64,000 nucleotides of DNA from Haplodiscus bocki. Its lineage: Eukaryota. The notes under the pieces were generated by a model. That model was not told the origin of the DNA. It saw nothing but the letters and a program-made list of their open reading frames with translations, and did not search any database. Below are positions 63,901 to 64,000 of this stretch, one piece after another. Each line of letters starts with the position of its first letter. Position 1 is the first letter of the stretch. Made by a program: the position numbers and the translations under genes. The stretch is from contig OZ296651.1 in the NCBI GenBank assembly GCA_965655095.1, positions 56,792,001-56,856,000 of the forward strand, written 5' to 3'.

Positions 63901-64000
63901 AGACTATTGATTTCAGAAGGGCATCAAAAATTATCCACCCTCTTTAATGACTTTTCGGTTGAAACGGATCAGAGCAAAGTGACTGCGATCTTGTTTCAGT

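Overview
AT-rich, repeat-dense animal genomic DNA with spliceosomal GT-AG introns; the species cannot be determined from sequence alone. Most ORFs in the six-frame track are noise or exon fragments. Manual splicing recovers two minus-strand genes. (1) The 3' part of a prominin (CD133-family) gene, from about 50270 down to 42518. It covers the end of the first large extracellular loop, TM3, TM4, the second large loop and TM5. Phase-compatible splice sites appear to extend it through a 24-nt microexon and a ~7-kb intron into exons at 35157-32800, giving a ~430-aa disordered cytoplasmic tail with several alternative ends. (2) An 8-exon, ~492-aa RNA-binding protein (25452-2585) with a basic then acidic N-terminus, three divergent RRMs and a Gly/Tyr-rich tail. 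Its PY-NLS-like C-terminus sits in a last exon 12.7 kb away. Introns and flanks hold two hAT derivatives (one with an oomycete-like transposase), MITEs, an RTE LINE 3' end, and Gypsy, Polinton and piggyBac relics. They also hold about 10 co-oriented Helentron-type non-autonomous elements (some with an internal tRNA-like cassette), a dispersed ~176-bp satellite-like family and several recent tandem duplications. There is one assembly gap (60880-61007). All gene models were inferred by eye and need RNA-seq confirmation.
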